Below are positions 32,338-42,533 of a DNA stretch of 64,000 bases, piece by piece. The stretch is from Naegleria gruberi (lineage: Eukaryota). The notes under the pieces were generated by a model that saw nothing but the letters and a program-made list of their open reading frames with translations, searched no databases and was not told the DNA's origin. The DNA is taken from the NCBI GenBank assembly GCA_000004985.1, contig GG738870.1. One strand, 5' to 3'. The translations under genes and the position numbers were made by a program. Position 1 is the stretch's first letter; each line of letters starts with the position of its first letter.

Positions 32338-33069
32338 TTGGAATATTTTCCAAACCAATCCGATGCTGGAAAATTGGTACATGCTTTTATAAAGTTATCC
32401 AATCAAGCTTTGGAAATTGTAGAGAAGAAGGAAGTAATTACCATTGAAGATTCAGATAATGATGATGATTCGGAAGAGGATGAGAATACGGCATTGGTGA
32501 AACAAAAAATCACGCAGTCGGGTTTTTCTGCTTTGCTTGACCATTATTTTGGAAATACTGTATTGGTTGAGGAATCAAGCTCCAATACAGATACAGGATA
32601 TAGTTCAGAAACGGTGGAGGATGAAATAACTATTAAATTTGGTACTGCTTCGAAAAATATGACCATTTCGTTTACATCCAATATGAGGTATGATCCAATG
32701 GAAGAAGGATCTGATGGAGAATTCAGCGCCTCATGTGTTCTGGAACCTGGCTCAATATCATTGCAACTATTTTCAAACGAAGAGGAAGTTGATTATTGTA
32801 CTGGTTACGGTGGTGGAGATATTAATATGAAATCAGTGTTGAAACTGAAACAACATTTTGGAATGAGTAGTCAAATTTTGGTTAATGTTTGGAAAATGAT
32901 TATTACAGCTTTTAATGCTCTTGGTTCTGAGCATGTTCGTGGCATGTTGGAAAATGTTGAGGATTTAGATATTCCAGCTTCAGATTCTAGAGTTGTAGCA
33001 AGTGGTGGTAGTGCAGTGAGTGGGAAACAAACCACAAAAACGGTCAGTAAAAGAAAAGGTCCCTATTAA
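32338..33069 (+). CDS. Hypothetical acidic protein; start codon unresolved (no upstream ATG)
   Basis: The 243-aa ORF has an acidic DSDNDDDSEEDE stretch. The first in-frame ATG is internal and the intergenic region has no ATG, so the call is weak. Confidence 0.3.
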   Translation: MEYFPNQSDAGKLVHAFIKLSNQALEIVEKKEVITIEDSDNDDDSEEDENTALVKQKITQSGFSALLDHYFGNTVLVEESSSNTDTGYSSETVEDEITIKFGTASKNMTISFTSNMRYDPMEEGSDGEFSASCVLEPGSISLQLFSNEEEVDYCTGYGGGDINMKSVLKLKQHFGMSSQILVNVWKMIITAFNALGSEHVRGMLENVEDLDIPASDSRVVASGGSAVSGKQTTKTVSKRKGPY

Positions 33070-33093
33070 CATGATGAATGCTTTTTATTTACT

Positions 33094-34284
33094 TTACAAA
33101 AATTTTCTTTGAACAATACTTGCTCCATATTCTCTATATTCAGTACTTGTCAAACACAGGGATGGGAATGTCGAAAGTGAGGCCATCATCATTCCGCCTG
33201 TACAAGCTGCAGTTGATCCCAATGGCTCACTAACTTTACATTCATTACCAGAATTTAATTTCACAAGTTCCTTAGTTAATCTTTGAGAAATTCCCTTAAA
33301 TTGAGAGCTGCCACCAACAAGAACAATGTTATTAAACAAGGTATTTCTCACACCTTCATCACATGACATGATTGAGTTGTAGATGGCACTGTGAATACCA
33401 GTACTAGATTGAACAGTGGTAGGATCAAATTGTGGAGAATCACGTAAACATGAAGGGCTTCCACAATCCCAACCATTTTCAATAGCATTTGGATTGAAAA
33501 GAGCTTCTGGACATCTGATACACTCACCATCCAAACTAATCATACTGCCATCTGGTGTTTCATAATATTGTTCAGTTGGTGCTTTGATTTCAGATTCATA
33601 ATCTTGAGAAACGAAACAGATTCTCTCCTTAATATCTCTCAACATTTCCCAATCAACAGTAGAATAGATCAATCCCTTTTCTGCCATCAATCTGAGGAAA
33701 TACTGATCTAAATTGTGTCCACCAAAATCTAAAGACATAATTCCTTCCTTCAATACCTTTCCATTGATGATTGGAACAATTGAAGTAACTGTATGTCCAA
33801 TATCCAACACAATTCCACTTTCTCTTCCAGAAGCTCGTATAGAAAGGCAAGCTTGATTTTCCAAACACAATTCATCTACCTGGAGTTTTTCAATCAACAC
33901 TTCAACCATCTTTTCTCTATTTTCCAAAGTATTTAACGGAGAATCAGTCATTAATACGGATTTTCCAATTTCCTCATTAATTCTCTTCAAATCATCCAAA
34001 GAATATTTCCAAATCTTTTCAGCATCATCCCAATTACTAACAATTCCCTTACTAATAGGATAGGTTAGTTTCAACATTCCTCTCTTTGAAACAGCTTCAT
34101 CTCCAAAATATTCACTCTTTGATCCGATCATGACTCCTGCTAAGTGTGGTCTTCCAACTGTTGCGGGAAAGCACATCCTAAATTCTTCTTTTTCCTCTGA
34201 TGATGATAATGATGGAGTAAGACCAACCTTCATCCTAAAGGAACCACTATCAATCACTACTGTTTGTTTTTGGGCCATCGACAT
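33094..34284 (-). CDS. Divergent actin-related protein (ARP), single exon
   Basis: The 396-aa ORF has an actin fold signature throughout (VIDSGS, KRG(I/M)L, WDDAEKIW, LDIGHTVTS, GECIRCPEALF, IVLVGGSS). Confidence 0.75.
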   Translation of the reverse strand: MSMAQKQTVVIDSGSFRMKVGLTPSLSSSEEKEEFRMCFPATVGRPHLAGVMIGSKSEYFGDEAVSKRGMLKLTYPISKGIVSNWDDAEKIWKYSLDDLKRINEEIGKSVLMTDSPLNTLENREKMVEVLIEKLQVDELCLENQACLSIRASGRESGIVLDIGHTVTSIVPIINGKVLKEGIMSLDFGGHNLDQYFLRLMAEKGLIYSTVDWEMLRDIKERICFVSQDYESEIKAPTEQYYETPDGSMISLDGECIRCPEALFNPNAIENGWDCGSPSCLRDSPQFDPTTVQSSTGIHSAIYNSIMSCDEGVRNTLFNNIVLVGGSSQFKGISQRLTKELVKLNSGNECKVSEPLGSTAACTGGMMMASLSTFPSLCLTSTEYREYGASIVQRKFL

Positions 34285-34553
34285 GAGTTGTTGTATTTTT
34301 TTTTAAAGTTGTAAATTTTATTAAGTTCATCTACGATAATACCCAATTCAAAAAAGAATTTCAAAATAATGTTCATTGTCTTTCGTATTGTTGAATGAGT
34401 GGATATATGCTGTAATGGTTATTATTTAAAATGTATTAATACTGAAAAGTATCAATGTTCATTGATTCAATGAACTCTGAACTGCAGTTTAATCTTACGA
34501 CTATTTAATGCTCTAGTTCATTTATTATCTCAAATATTCAATTTAAAAAAAAC

Positions 34554-35231
34554 ATGTCTAATACCACTACTAAGACCCTACAACCAGAAGTTGAAGTTAT
34601 TGATTCGAATAACATTTGGTTGATTAAGAATGCTTTCACTCCAGAAGAATGTGCTCAACTTTTAAAAGAAAGTGAAGAAATTGGTTATGGAGAAGCCCCA
34701 CTCACAACTGGACTAAATACCTTCACATTGGACAAGGAAGTGCGAAATAATTCGAGAGCCATGATTGATAATAACAAATATTCAAATATGTTATTCGAAA
34801 GGTTGGCTCAATATCTTCCACAAGATGTTTCAGAATTGAAAATATGTGCTCAGGATGGTTTTTCATTATGTGGTATGAATGAAAGAATTAGATTTTACAA
34901 GTATGCAGCAGGAGAATACTTTGCTCCTCACTACGATGGCTGTTATCAGAAACCTTTATTCCATCTTGAAGTGAATGGTGAGAAGAAAGTTTGTGTCGAG
35001 AGATCATTCATCACCGTGCTTCTCTATCTGAATGATGTCCACTCGGGAGGTGAAACAAACTTTCTCACATCGAGATATGACATATTGCACAGTGTGAAAC
35101 CAAGAACTGGTCAAGTTTTAATGTTCGTTCATGCTAATTATCATGAGGGTTGTTTATTGAATGATCCAAATGAGTTTAAATATGTCATGAGAAGTGATGT
35201 CATGTATAGAAAATTGAGAGATGAATTGTAA
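34554..35231 (+). CDS. 2-oxoglutarate/Fe(II)-dependent oxygenase, prolyl-4-hydroxylase-like
   Basis: The HxD…H iron triad is present (HYDG… then FVHANYHEG). A P4Hc-like jelly-roll pattern is also present. Confidence 0.65.
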   Translation: MSNTTTKTLQPEVEVIDSNNIWLIKNAFTPEECAQLLKESEEIGYGEAPLTTGLNTFTLDKEVRNNSRAMIDNNKYSNMLFERLAQYLPQDVSELKICAQDGFSLCGMNERIRFYKYAAGEYFAPHYDGCYQKPLFHLEVNGEKKVCVERSFITVLLYLNDVHSGGETNFLTSRYDILHSVKPRTGQVLMFVHANYHEGCLLNDPNEFKYVMRSDVMYRKLRDEL

Positions 35232-35313
35232 ATTAAATTATAGTAGGATGTGAATTATTTTCATGCCAATTTTCAATCCTTGAATGAAAAATGTTCTGTC
35301 AATAGTTATACAA

Positions 35314-36624
35314 TTAATTGAAATGAACATGAATGACCTTTCCATAGCCAATGATTTTTCCATTCTCCCTTAATAGAAATCTTCCTAAAAATCCACCCTT
35401 TTCCGTATAATTTTCCATAAATAAAATGTTATGGATTGGTGTCATGGTTACAATTTTCACCTTCTTTTGTTCTTGAATGGAATTGATACGACAAGAGATG
35501 TGCTGAAGGGAACAACTAACTATAGGAATGGCACCAACTCTAAATCCCTTGACTCCTGCCCTCAGAACAACTTCGGCCTCGAACGAAACGACAGGTTTCA
35601 ATTGATCTAGTTCATCACTTACAATAAAACCTGTTCTGACTAGATTATGTGGAATATCTCCAAGATACACTCCACAAATTGTATTACTATCTACTTGTTC
35701 TACTTTTTCATGATTAATCTCAAGGTCAATAACCTGTCTAGTTACAAATGAACTATTATTAAGTGGAAGTAAAACAGTTTGTCCTTTTCTTAGTTGACCA
35801 CATTGAACTTTTCCACAAATAATTTTTCCAACTCCAGAAATGAACATCTCCTTAATGATAATAAATCTTAAACCAGAGTATTTTTCAAAAACCATCGATT
35901 GAGATATCATCTCAAGGCTTTCGTATAGTGTTGGTCCCTTATACCAATTTAATTGTTGCGAATGACAGAGTAAATTATCCTCTGTAAATATACTGGTTGG
36001 TATTATTTGGTAATCTGTTAGCGATTTTTCGAAAATCTCTTTGAAAATTGGTTCAATCCTCTCAATTGATCTTTTAAATTCATTCTCATCATAATTACAC
36101 AAATCCATTCCATTCACACAAACAACAAACTCCCTAACTTGATTAACTCTCGCAGCAATCAATTGATTTTTCAACTCTTCAACATACTCGTCGTGTGAAT
36201 CCATCATGAAATGAGTATTAATTATGAGAATTGCCACATTTGCCATCGAAATGGCTCCCAACTGATTCTTTATATACATGGACAAAGCTCCAGAATCAAT
36301 AAATTGCAGCAAGGAAGAGTTTTCATCCTTCTCGAAAGAAACAAAGGCCATATTAGCAGAGACATAATAATCTCTACTGCAACGTGTAGCAATAAAGTAT
36401 GGTGAATACTTTCTCGGATAGTATCGATCGGTTCGTGTGGGACACGGATAGGAATTTCGATTTGGATTTTGATGAAAGTGTCGGAAGAGTCCTGCAACCT
36501 CAGATTTTCCACTATCAGTACAACCCATGAGTGCAATGTTTAGAATCTTTTCAGTAGTTTTGGTGGTTGTTGATTGGAGCATTTTTTTTTTGCAAAGTTC
36601 ATCATCACTTTTGATCTGGGACAT
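35314..36624 (-). CDS. eEF1A/HBS1-family translational-GTPase-like protein with degenerate G motifs (possible pseudo-GTPase)
   Basis: A P-loop (GCTDSGKS) and an NKxD-like VNGMD are present, but the switch motifs are degenerate (DSGAL in place of DxxG). Clear EF-Tu domain II and III beta-barrel patterns are present (GKVQCGQLRKGQTVLL…, FEAEVVL…). Confidence 0.6.
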   Translation of the reverse strand: MSQIKSDDELCKKKMLQSTTTKTTEKILNIALMGCTDSGKSEVAGLFRHFHQNPNRNSYPCPTRTDRYYPRKYSPYFIATRCSRDYYVSANMAFVSFEKDENSSLLQFIDSGALSMYIKNQLGAISMANVAILIINTHFMMDSHDEYVEELKNQLIAARVNQVREFVVCVNGMDLCNYDENEFKRSIERIEPIFKEIFEKSLTDYQIIPTSIFTEDNLLCHSQQLNWYKGPTLYESLEMISQSMVFEKYSGLRFIIIKEMFISGVGKIICGKVQCGQLRKGQTVLLPLNNSSFVTRQVIDLEINHEKVEQVDSNTICGVYLGDIPHNLVRTGFIVSDELDQLKPVVSFEAEVVLRAGVKGFRVGAIPIVSCSLQHISCRINSIQEQKKVKIVTMTPIHNILFMENYTEKGGFLGRFLLRENGKIIGYGKVIHVHFN

Positions 36625-36798
36625 TTTTATTATTAAGGGCTATCAAATACTTGTACATGAAATATTCAGTGAGGATAGCATTGATGGAATAGTCTTCTTA
36701 TTACTGTTGAATGCCGAATGTTAATCGATTCGCATCAACTGCAATTTCTTCAACTCTTTCGCAATTAATTTCACATTAAGGCATTCTCTAGCAACTAG

Positions 36799-39408
36799 TT
36801 GATTTGCTTGAGTAAATTGGAAACTTGGTTTCTAATATATTACTCAAAGGGGAGTTCTGATATTTCCGTAAAGGCCTTAATTATAACGTTTAAATTTGAA
36901 AAGTCAGATAAGAAAGGTATTGACTTACTTGATGTGACGTGTGGCATCTTTAGGAAAAATTCATTTTTAATATTTGACCCTTTGAAAAAAGCAAAACAAA
37001 TTATCCTGTCTGTTCGACAAGACAAAATGCCAACAATTTATTTCTTCATCTTTTCCTGTATTGTGGCTACCACACAGATGTTTAGTTTAGTTTCGGCTCT
37101 TTCGTTAGAAACAACAATGAAAATAGATGCTAGTCAATCATCATCTTTGAATTATCTATCATCCAATAACAGTTCATCCAATGATAACAGTATTATTAAT
37201 AATTTAACGCCACCCATTGGAGTAATTTTGAATAATTATAACACTTCGGATTTTATAAATCTTATTCTAAACATTACAACAAATATAACAGCCGCACAGG
37301 ACGAATTAGTCATGACTGAAGCAATGCGAACGAATCCAACAATCACAATCATTATCAGAGTGTTACTAACTTTATTTAATTTCTTTCTAATAATTTTGAT
37401 ACTTTCGTTTAGAAAGAAGGAACCAATCAAATCAAAATTTTATATTTCTATGGCGTTGGTATTGGTTAATATCATTGGACACATTCAGGGAATTATTGAA
37501 ATTCTTCCAGGTGCACCTTTATTCTTTCAAAGTTATTGGAATCAGTTTATTTCAGAAAAGTTGACGAAACAAGTTGATGCTCAAACATTTTACAGAAATA
37601 ATTTGAATTCGTATGGTGTTCCAACGTGGCTGGAAAGTTTTGCACTCTTTGAAAACATTTATTGTTTCATTGATGCCTATTTTATTTATGGATGTACTGT
37701 TATTGGATTGGCAATGTATTCGATTCAGATAATTAAACTAATGTTATTGTTGCTGTTGAAAGATAGAAAACAGGCAGTGGCTAGATCATTGGAAGAATTC
37801 AAAAAGAGACAAGTTGAAAAGTTTAAAGATCTCAAATTGAAAGAAGTTTCTTCAGAGACGAATCTTCAAGATCAGAAACCAATTAGTTTGATGAAACGAC
37901 TCTCAAGGAAGATTCTTTTTGTGGAAACAAACACGTCTTCTGAAAATTTGACGAAACAATCAGGTGAATCTTCACCAACCACTAGTGCTAGCTCAGTATC
38001 TAGTGCTCCTTCCACTTCCAATTTATTAGAATCTAATAATTCACAACAATCACAACAACAATTGCAACAAGAATCCTCAGAAGTATCAACTCCAAGATTA
38101 TCTAAAACTGGAGAGAATGATGATTCGTCCAGTTTAGCCTACGAAGATATTGCCCTCGATTTAACAACTGATGAAGATGCACTTTCAACTAGTTACGAAG
38201 AAATTTCAAAAAAGGGAAAATTTGTTAATTTCCTTAAAAAGATTTTAAAATATCAAATTATTGAGCTGAGCTACATTGGATTCTGGTTGACTGTGTGGTA
38301 TATTCTCGTTACAATTGTAATTATTATTCGTACAGAAGACACTTGGAGTAATTTTTTCATTTCTTGGGATTCGTATAGTGGATATTGTCGACATAATGAT
38401 AGAGTTCAGATTGGATATTATTCGATTGCCATCTTGTTCCTAATTTTTGTTTTCATTCCCATTACTTTAATATTCGATTTTGTAACTAGTTTAATCAAAT
38501 ATAGAAAAATTATTCGAATCAATAGAGAAAAGAATAGAAAGACAGAAAACTTTCTCATTTACTATTTTTATGAAACTGATCCTTTCGTTTACAGAACCGA
38601 AGTATTGGGAGTATTAATATTGGACTTTATAGTGGTCCTTACCTTTTTAATTGTGCTTCCAATTGGAGTTAACGCAAATTATTCTCAACAATTGGCGAGT
38701 TCAATACTCCTTTCCATTGGATTGAATTTTATTGGAGGTGTACTTTGTAATCCTGGAATTACAATTTCAAGAACTGTGTGGAATTATTTGGTTGAGTTCA
38801 AGACCAAAAGGGCAAATAAGAAAGATTCAAATGATTCTGATACTATATTTTCATTACAGCAATTGATTTCTTCACCAATTTGTTCTGAATCAATTGATTA
38901 TGTACTTTCCCACAAAACTGAAAGAGGTTTATTCTATCAATATCTGAAAGAAGAATATTCTGTGGAAAATCTACTATTCACAGAAGATCTTATCAAATTG
39001 AGAAAGATCCACAACGCACATATCAGAGCCAAAGTAATGAAAATTAAGGAAATGATCAAACTATACCTTTCCAATAGTGATTCAGTGTTTGAACTCAACG
39101 TTCCAACAAAAGTGATTCAACAAGAGTTGACTAATTTTAGGGAATTGATGGCTTTGTTGGATGAATTGAATTTAAAGGCTACTCAACTTCCTCGTGTATT
39201 TAAGGCTGATTCGAATACTAGATATTTTCCAAATATTGATTCGAATAAGGAAGAAAAGTTGAAACAATTAATTTCACAATTGGGTAGTGGTCGAATATTC
39301 ACAAATATTCAATCAGAGGTTTACAAAAACTTGATGGATTCATATTATCGATTCAATAACTCTAGAAAGTGGAAGGACTATATTAAGACTTCTTCTTCGT
39401 CAGCTTAA
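36799..39408 (+). CDS. Polytopic membrane protein with a C-terminal RGS domain (second member). It has a Ser-rich loop. The true start may be the internal Met at about 37026, which precedes a signal-like segment.
   Basis: The 869-aa ORF has multiple TM helices. The C-terminal RGS box is SIDYVLSHKTERGLFYQYLKEEYSVENLLFTEDL…NLMDSYYRF. Confidence 0.6.
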   Translation: MICLSKLETWFLIYYSKGSSDISVKALIITFKFEKSDKKGIDLLDVTCGIFRKNSFLIFDPLKKAKQIILSVRQDKMPTIYFFIFSCIVATTQMFSLVSALSLETTMKIDASQSSSLNYLSSNNSSSNDNSIINNLTPPIGVILNNYNTSDFINLILNITTNITAAQDELVMTEAMRTNPTITIIIRVLLTLFNFFLIILILSFRKKEPIKSKFYISMALVLVNIIGHIQGIIEILPGAPLFFQSYWNQFISEKLTKQVDAQTFYRNNLNSYGVPTWLESFALFENIYCFIDAYFIYGCTVIGLAMYSIQIIKLMLLLLLKDRKQAVARSLEEFKKRQVEKFKDLKLKEVSSETNLQDQKPISLMKRLSRKILFVETNTSSENLTKQSGESSPTTSASSVSSAPSTSNLLESNNSQQSQQQLQQESSEVSTPRLSKTGENDDSSSLAYEDIALDLTTDEDALSTSYEEISKKGKFVNFLKKILKYQIIELSYIGFWLTVWYILVTIVIIIRTEDTWSNFFISWDSYSGYCRHNDRVQIGYYSIAILFLIFVFIPITLIFDFVTSLIKYRKIIRINREKNRKTENFLIYYFYETDPFVYRTEVLGVLILDFIVVLTFLIVLPIGVNANYSQQLASSILLSIGLNFIGGVLCNPGITISRTVWNYLVEFKTKRANKKDSNDSDTIFSLQQLISSPICSESIDYVLSHKTERGLFYQYLKEEYSVENLLFTEDLIKLRKIHNAHIRAKVMKIKEMIKLYLSNSDSVFELNVPTKVIQQELTNFRELMALLDELNLKATQLPRVFKADSNTRYFPNIDSNKEEKLKQLISQLGSGRIFTNIQSEVYKNLMDSYYRFNNSRKWKDYIKTSSSSA

Positions 39409-39617
39409 CATCTTTGACAAATATTTTTTCAAAAATTATAATTAACGAGACGAAGAATAAGATGAATTTAATTTCACGGCACTTACATCCATACATCCAC
39501 ACGGAAGTGAAGTTACATTTTGAAGACCTGCAACAAAAAGGAGCTCCAAAACAAATTACAGCTCAAATAGAATAAAAACAAGTTGTTTTCAAATAAAAAG
39601 TGCAAAAACAAAAGGGC

Positions 39618-39706
39618 AGGGTGGTACGTGGATCGAACACGTGACCATCGGATGTCTGCTGCAAATAACTTTGCAATCCGGTGCTCTACCGCTGAGCTAA
39701 CCACCC
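39618..39706 (-). tRNA. tRNA-Cys (anticodon GCA) with a ~17-nt intron, 89 nt
   Basis: Acceptor GGGTGGT/ACCACCC, discriminator U73 (a Cys identity element), D-arm GCTC-AGCGGTA-GAGC. The anticodon stem CCGGA is followed by loop TTGCAA, then the intron inserted after position 37, then TCCGA. T-arm ACGTG-TTCGATC-CACGT. Confidence 0.75.
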
Positions 39707-39980
39707 ATTCAATATTCTTCAAAACTTAATCTAATACGACAATAGAAAACAGCAAATTTTTATAATACATACTTAAATGAAAGTAAGTAAGGAAAGTAAT
39801 ACTTACTCAGCTGAGTCTAAGTTTCAAATATAAGGAAAATTCAAAAAGTAATTATGTCTCATTGAATCTCACCGTTTATTTGTATCAACTCCCTGCCAAA
39901 ATCTGTGAGAAATTTGTAGTGTTACTCAACTTTCGTTCAATGAACTGTGAAGAAGAACCAAATCCAATAAATTTGAAAAA

Positions 39981-41168
39981 ATGAACAAAAGTCTACCACC
40001 ACCACTCTCTACCAAGAATTATCAACCTGTTCTCTGTGAACCCAGTCAAAATCCAACATTAATCATTGACAATGGTTCTTCCAATTCCAGAGTTGGTTTC
40101 TCATTTGAAGACATTCCTGGTTCTGTATTTCCTACAGTGTTTGGCAGAGTAGGAGGTAGACCGATTTATATAGGACCAGGTATCGCTAGGGAAGGATATG
40201 TTGGCCATGAAGCATTGTCCAAAAGGGGAATTGCTTCATTGAAATATCCTATTAAGAGAGGAATTGTAACTGATTGGCAATTTATGGAAAAGATATGGAG
40301 CCATAATCTTATTTTGGAAATGAACATTGCTATGGAGGAGCATTGTGTTTTATTGACAGAAACTCCATTGAATCCAACAGCAAATCGTGAAAAGATGTGC
40401 CAATTAATGTTCGAAAGGTTTCGTGTACCAGCAATGTGTGTTGCTGTTCAAGCTGTGTTGTCTTTGTTCGCTTCAGGTAGAAGTAGTGGAATAGTGTTAG
40501 ATTCAGGAGGTGGAGTTTCAAATGTTGTTCCAGTTTATGAAGGTCTTGCCTTGCCACATGCCATTTCTAGACAAGAATTGGCAGGTAGCGATGTGACTGA
40601 TCATTTGATGACATTGTTGATGGATCGTGGTTATAGTTTTATAAGTGCTGAACGAGATATTGTGAATGATATTAAGGAAAAGATGTGTTTTGTAGCTTTA
40701 GATTGTGATTCTGAAAAGAAATTATTCGAAAGTTCGATTCCAACAGCAGATTCCTCATATGAGTTGCCTGATGGAAATGTTATCAATCTAGGTTGCGAAA
40801 GATTCATTTGTCCAGAACTGTTATTCCAACCAAACATGGTGGAAATGGAAGAAATAGGTCTTCATGAATCCATACACAACTCTATCCGAAAGTGTGACCT
40901 CGATATTCGAAAGCAATTGTATTCCAACATTCTTCTCGCAGGAGGGTCTACTCAAATTAAAGGATTTTCTGAGAGATTGTTTAAGGAGTTGAAAGAAATT
41001 ACTTCTTCCTCTGTGGAATTCAATATTGTCACCCCACCAGATAGAAATAATTCTTCTTGGATTGGTGGAAGAATTCTTTCGTCCATGTCAACTTTTGGAT
41101 CAATGTGCATGTCCAAAGCCGAATATGAAGAGATTGGACCTGGAATAGTTCATAAAAAATGTTTCTAA
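39981..41168 (+). CDS. Divergent actin-related protein (ARP), single exon
   Basis: The 395-aa ORF shows actin signatures (IIDNGSS, KRGI…LKYPI, TDWQFMEKIW, MFERFRVPAM, IVLDSGGGVS, LAGGSTQ, IVHKKCF). Confidence 0.75.
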   Translation: MNKSLPPPLSTKNYQPVLCEPSQNPTLIIDNGSSNSRVGFSFEDIPGSVFPTVFGRVGGRPIYIGPGIAREGYVGHEALSKRGIASLKYPIKRGIVTDWQFMEKIWSHNLILEMNIAMEEHCVLLTETPLNPTANREKMCQLMFERFRVPAMCVAVQAVLSLFASGRSSGIVLDSGGGVSNVVPVYEGLALPHAISRQELAGSDVTDHLMTLLMDRGYSFISAERDIVNDIKEKMCFVALDCDSEKKLFESSIPTADSSYELPDGNVINLGCERFICPELLFQPNMVEMEEIGLHESIHNSIRKCDLDIRKQLYSNILLAGGSTQIKGFSERLFKELKEITSSSVEFNIVTPPDRNNSSWIGGRILSSMSTFGSMCMSKAEYEEIGPGIVHKKCF

Positions 41169-41307
41169 TAAATACCTGAGTGTTTTATTATTGGGAAAGT
41201 ATCAATTCAATTAATCTTAATTGAAATGATTCAAATCGTTCACATTTTAAAAACTTAAAGTTTCACTTTGAAATAAATTTATGATGATGTACCAACTAGA
41301 ATTTTTC

Positions 41308-42417
41308 CTAATAATATTGTTCCAATATTTTTCTAAGTTCTTGTTTTGCAAATATTTTTATAAATTTAATTGAGGACAAAAACCAAATTTGCAAAGGATT
41401 GTTATTTAAAGAGTTAATAAGAAATCTTAGCAACCAGTGTGTCAAAATCAAATGTTGAATCTCTATTCTTGGCACAACTAACATATAAGCAATCACCATC
41501 TGCAAATCCAAACCTATCCCCAAATAAAGAGGCAAATAAACTTTTCTCTTTGGGAACATACTCTGCATCACCATATCCAAACAGGTAATTTTTAGTGTCC
41601 GTGTTAAATGCCATGGATTTATAATAGAAATCAAAATCTCCATCTGTAACGTCATACCAAAACAATAGGGGTGTCTTTGGAATATCCAACCATGTGATGG
41701 AATCTTCAATTCTGAATTCGTTGGCAATATTCTATTCAATTCTTCACAATTCAATTGTAAAATCAGGGAATGATCTGATAATTGACCACACCATTCTTTT
41801 GGAATGTCTGCACTTCCTCCAAGCTTTGACATTCCTTTAGTTATTTCCTTAGTTTCATCCCTATCCAATCCAATACTCCACTTTGTTTTTTCCAATATAT
41901 TAATCCAAGTTCTATGATGAATTCTAAAAGAATCTTCCAAATCCCTCTCAGAATGGAATGAATAATATGTTGATCTATTTTCAGGATTTTCCCATACCTT
42001 GTTCAATTTTTCCAATTCATCGACCGTTCGTCTAATACCTCTAGAAGAGCAATTAATAAATTTAATTAAATAACTATCGAAACCAGTGAGTAATGGAAAG
42101 TACCCTGACAAACAAAAAACTTTCCACTTTTCACTCAATTGAATAAATAATCGAAACAAGCATACAGTATTCTTTCTAAATTTTTTACATTCAGCCTTCA
42201 ACATGATCTGTAATCCCTTCAATGATTTATCTCTTTTAATCATTACTTCCATTCGATTTGAATAAATTTCATCAGAATATGTTTGCATAATTTCATTCCA
42301 TTCTTGAGAAATTAATTTACAATTTTCCAAATCTTTTACATTGGCAAGCATGGATAGAAAGTAACAAATAAATTCCTGATCCGATGAGTGAAAGAGTGGC
42401 GCTAGATCTTGAGACAT
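41308..42417 (-). CDS. F-box-like protein. The reading frame changes near 41700..41760, so it is a possible pseudogene or has an indel.
   Basis: An N-terminal F-box-like helix is present (LFHSSDQEFICYFLSMLANVKDLENCKLISQEWN). The 3' third of the listed 369-aa ORF reads like out-of-frame sequence. A better C-terminus (…DIPKTPLLFWYDVTDGDFDFYYKSMAFNT…LVAKISY*) is in another frame ending at 41414. No canonical intron reconciles the two frames. Confidence 0.45.
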   Translation of the reverse strand: MSQDLAPLFHSSDQEFICYFLSMLANVKDLENCKLISQEWNEIMQTYSDEIYSNRMEVMIKRDKSLKGLQIMLKAECKKFRKNTVCLFRLFIQLSEKWKVFCLSGYFPLLTGFDSYLIKFINCSSRGIRRTVDELEKLNKVWENPENRSTYYSFHSERDLEDSFRIHHRTWINILEKTKWSIGLDRDETKEITKGMSKLGGSADIPKEWCGQLSDHSLILQLNCEELNRILPTNSELKIPSHGWIFQRHPYCFGMTLQMEILISIINPWHLTRTLKITCLDMVMQSMFPKRKVYLPLYLGIGLDLQMVIAYMLVVPRIEIQHLILTHWLLRFLINSLNNNPLQIWFLSSIKFIKIFAKQELRKILEQYY

Positions 42418-42533
42418 TTTTTTTAATGTTCAATTTTGCATTTGCACCCTTACATCCAAAGTTGATTGAAATTCGAATATGCATTAGAAAGAAATAGTTT
42501 GATACACACAATGTGTATTTCTCCTTAGAATTT

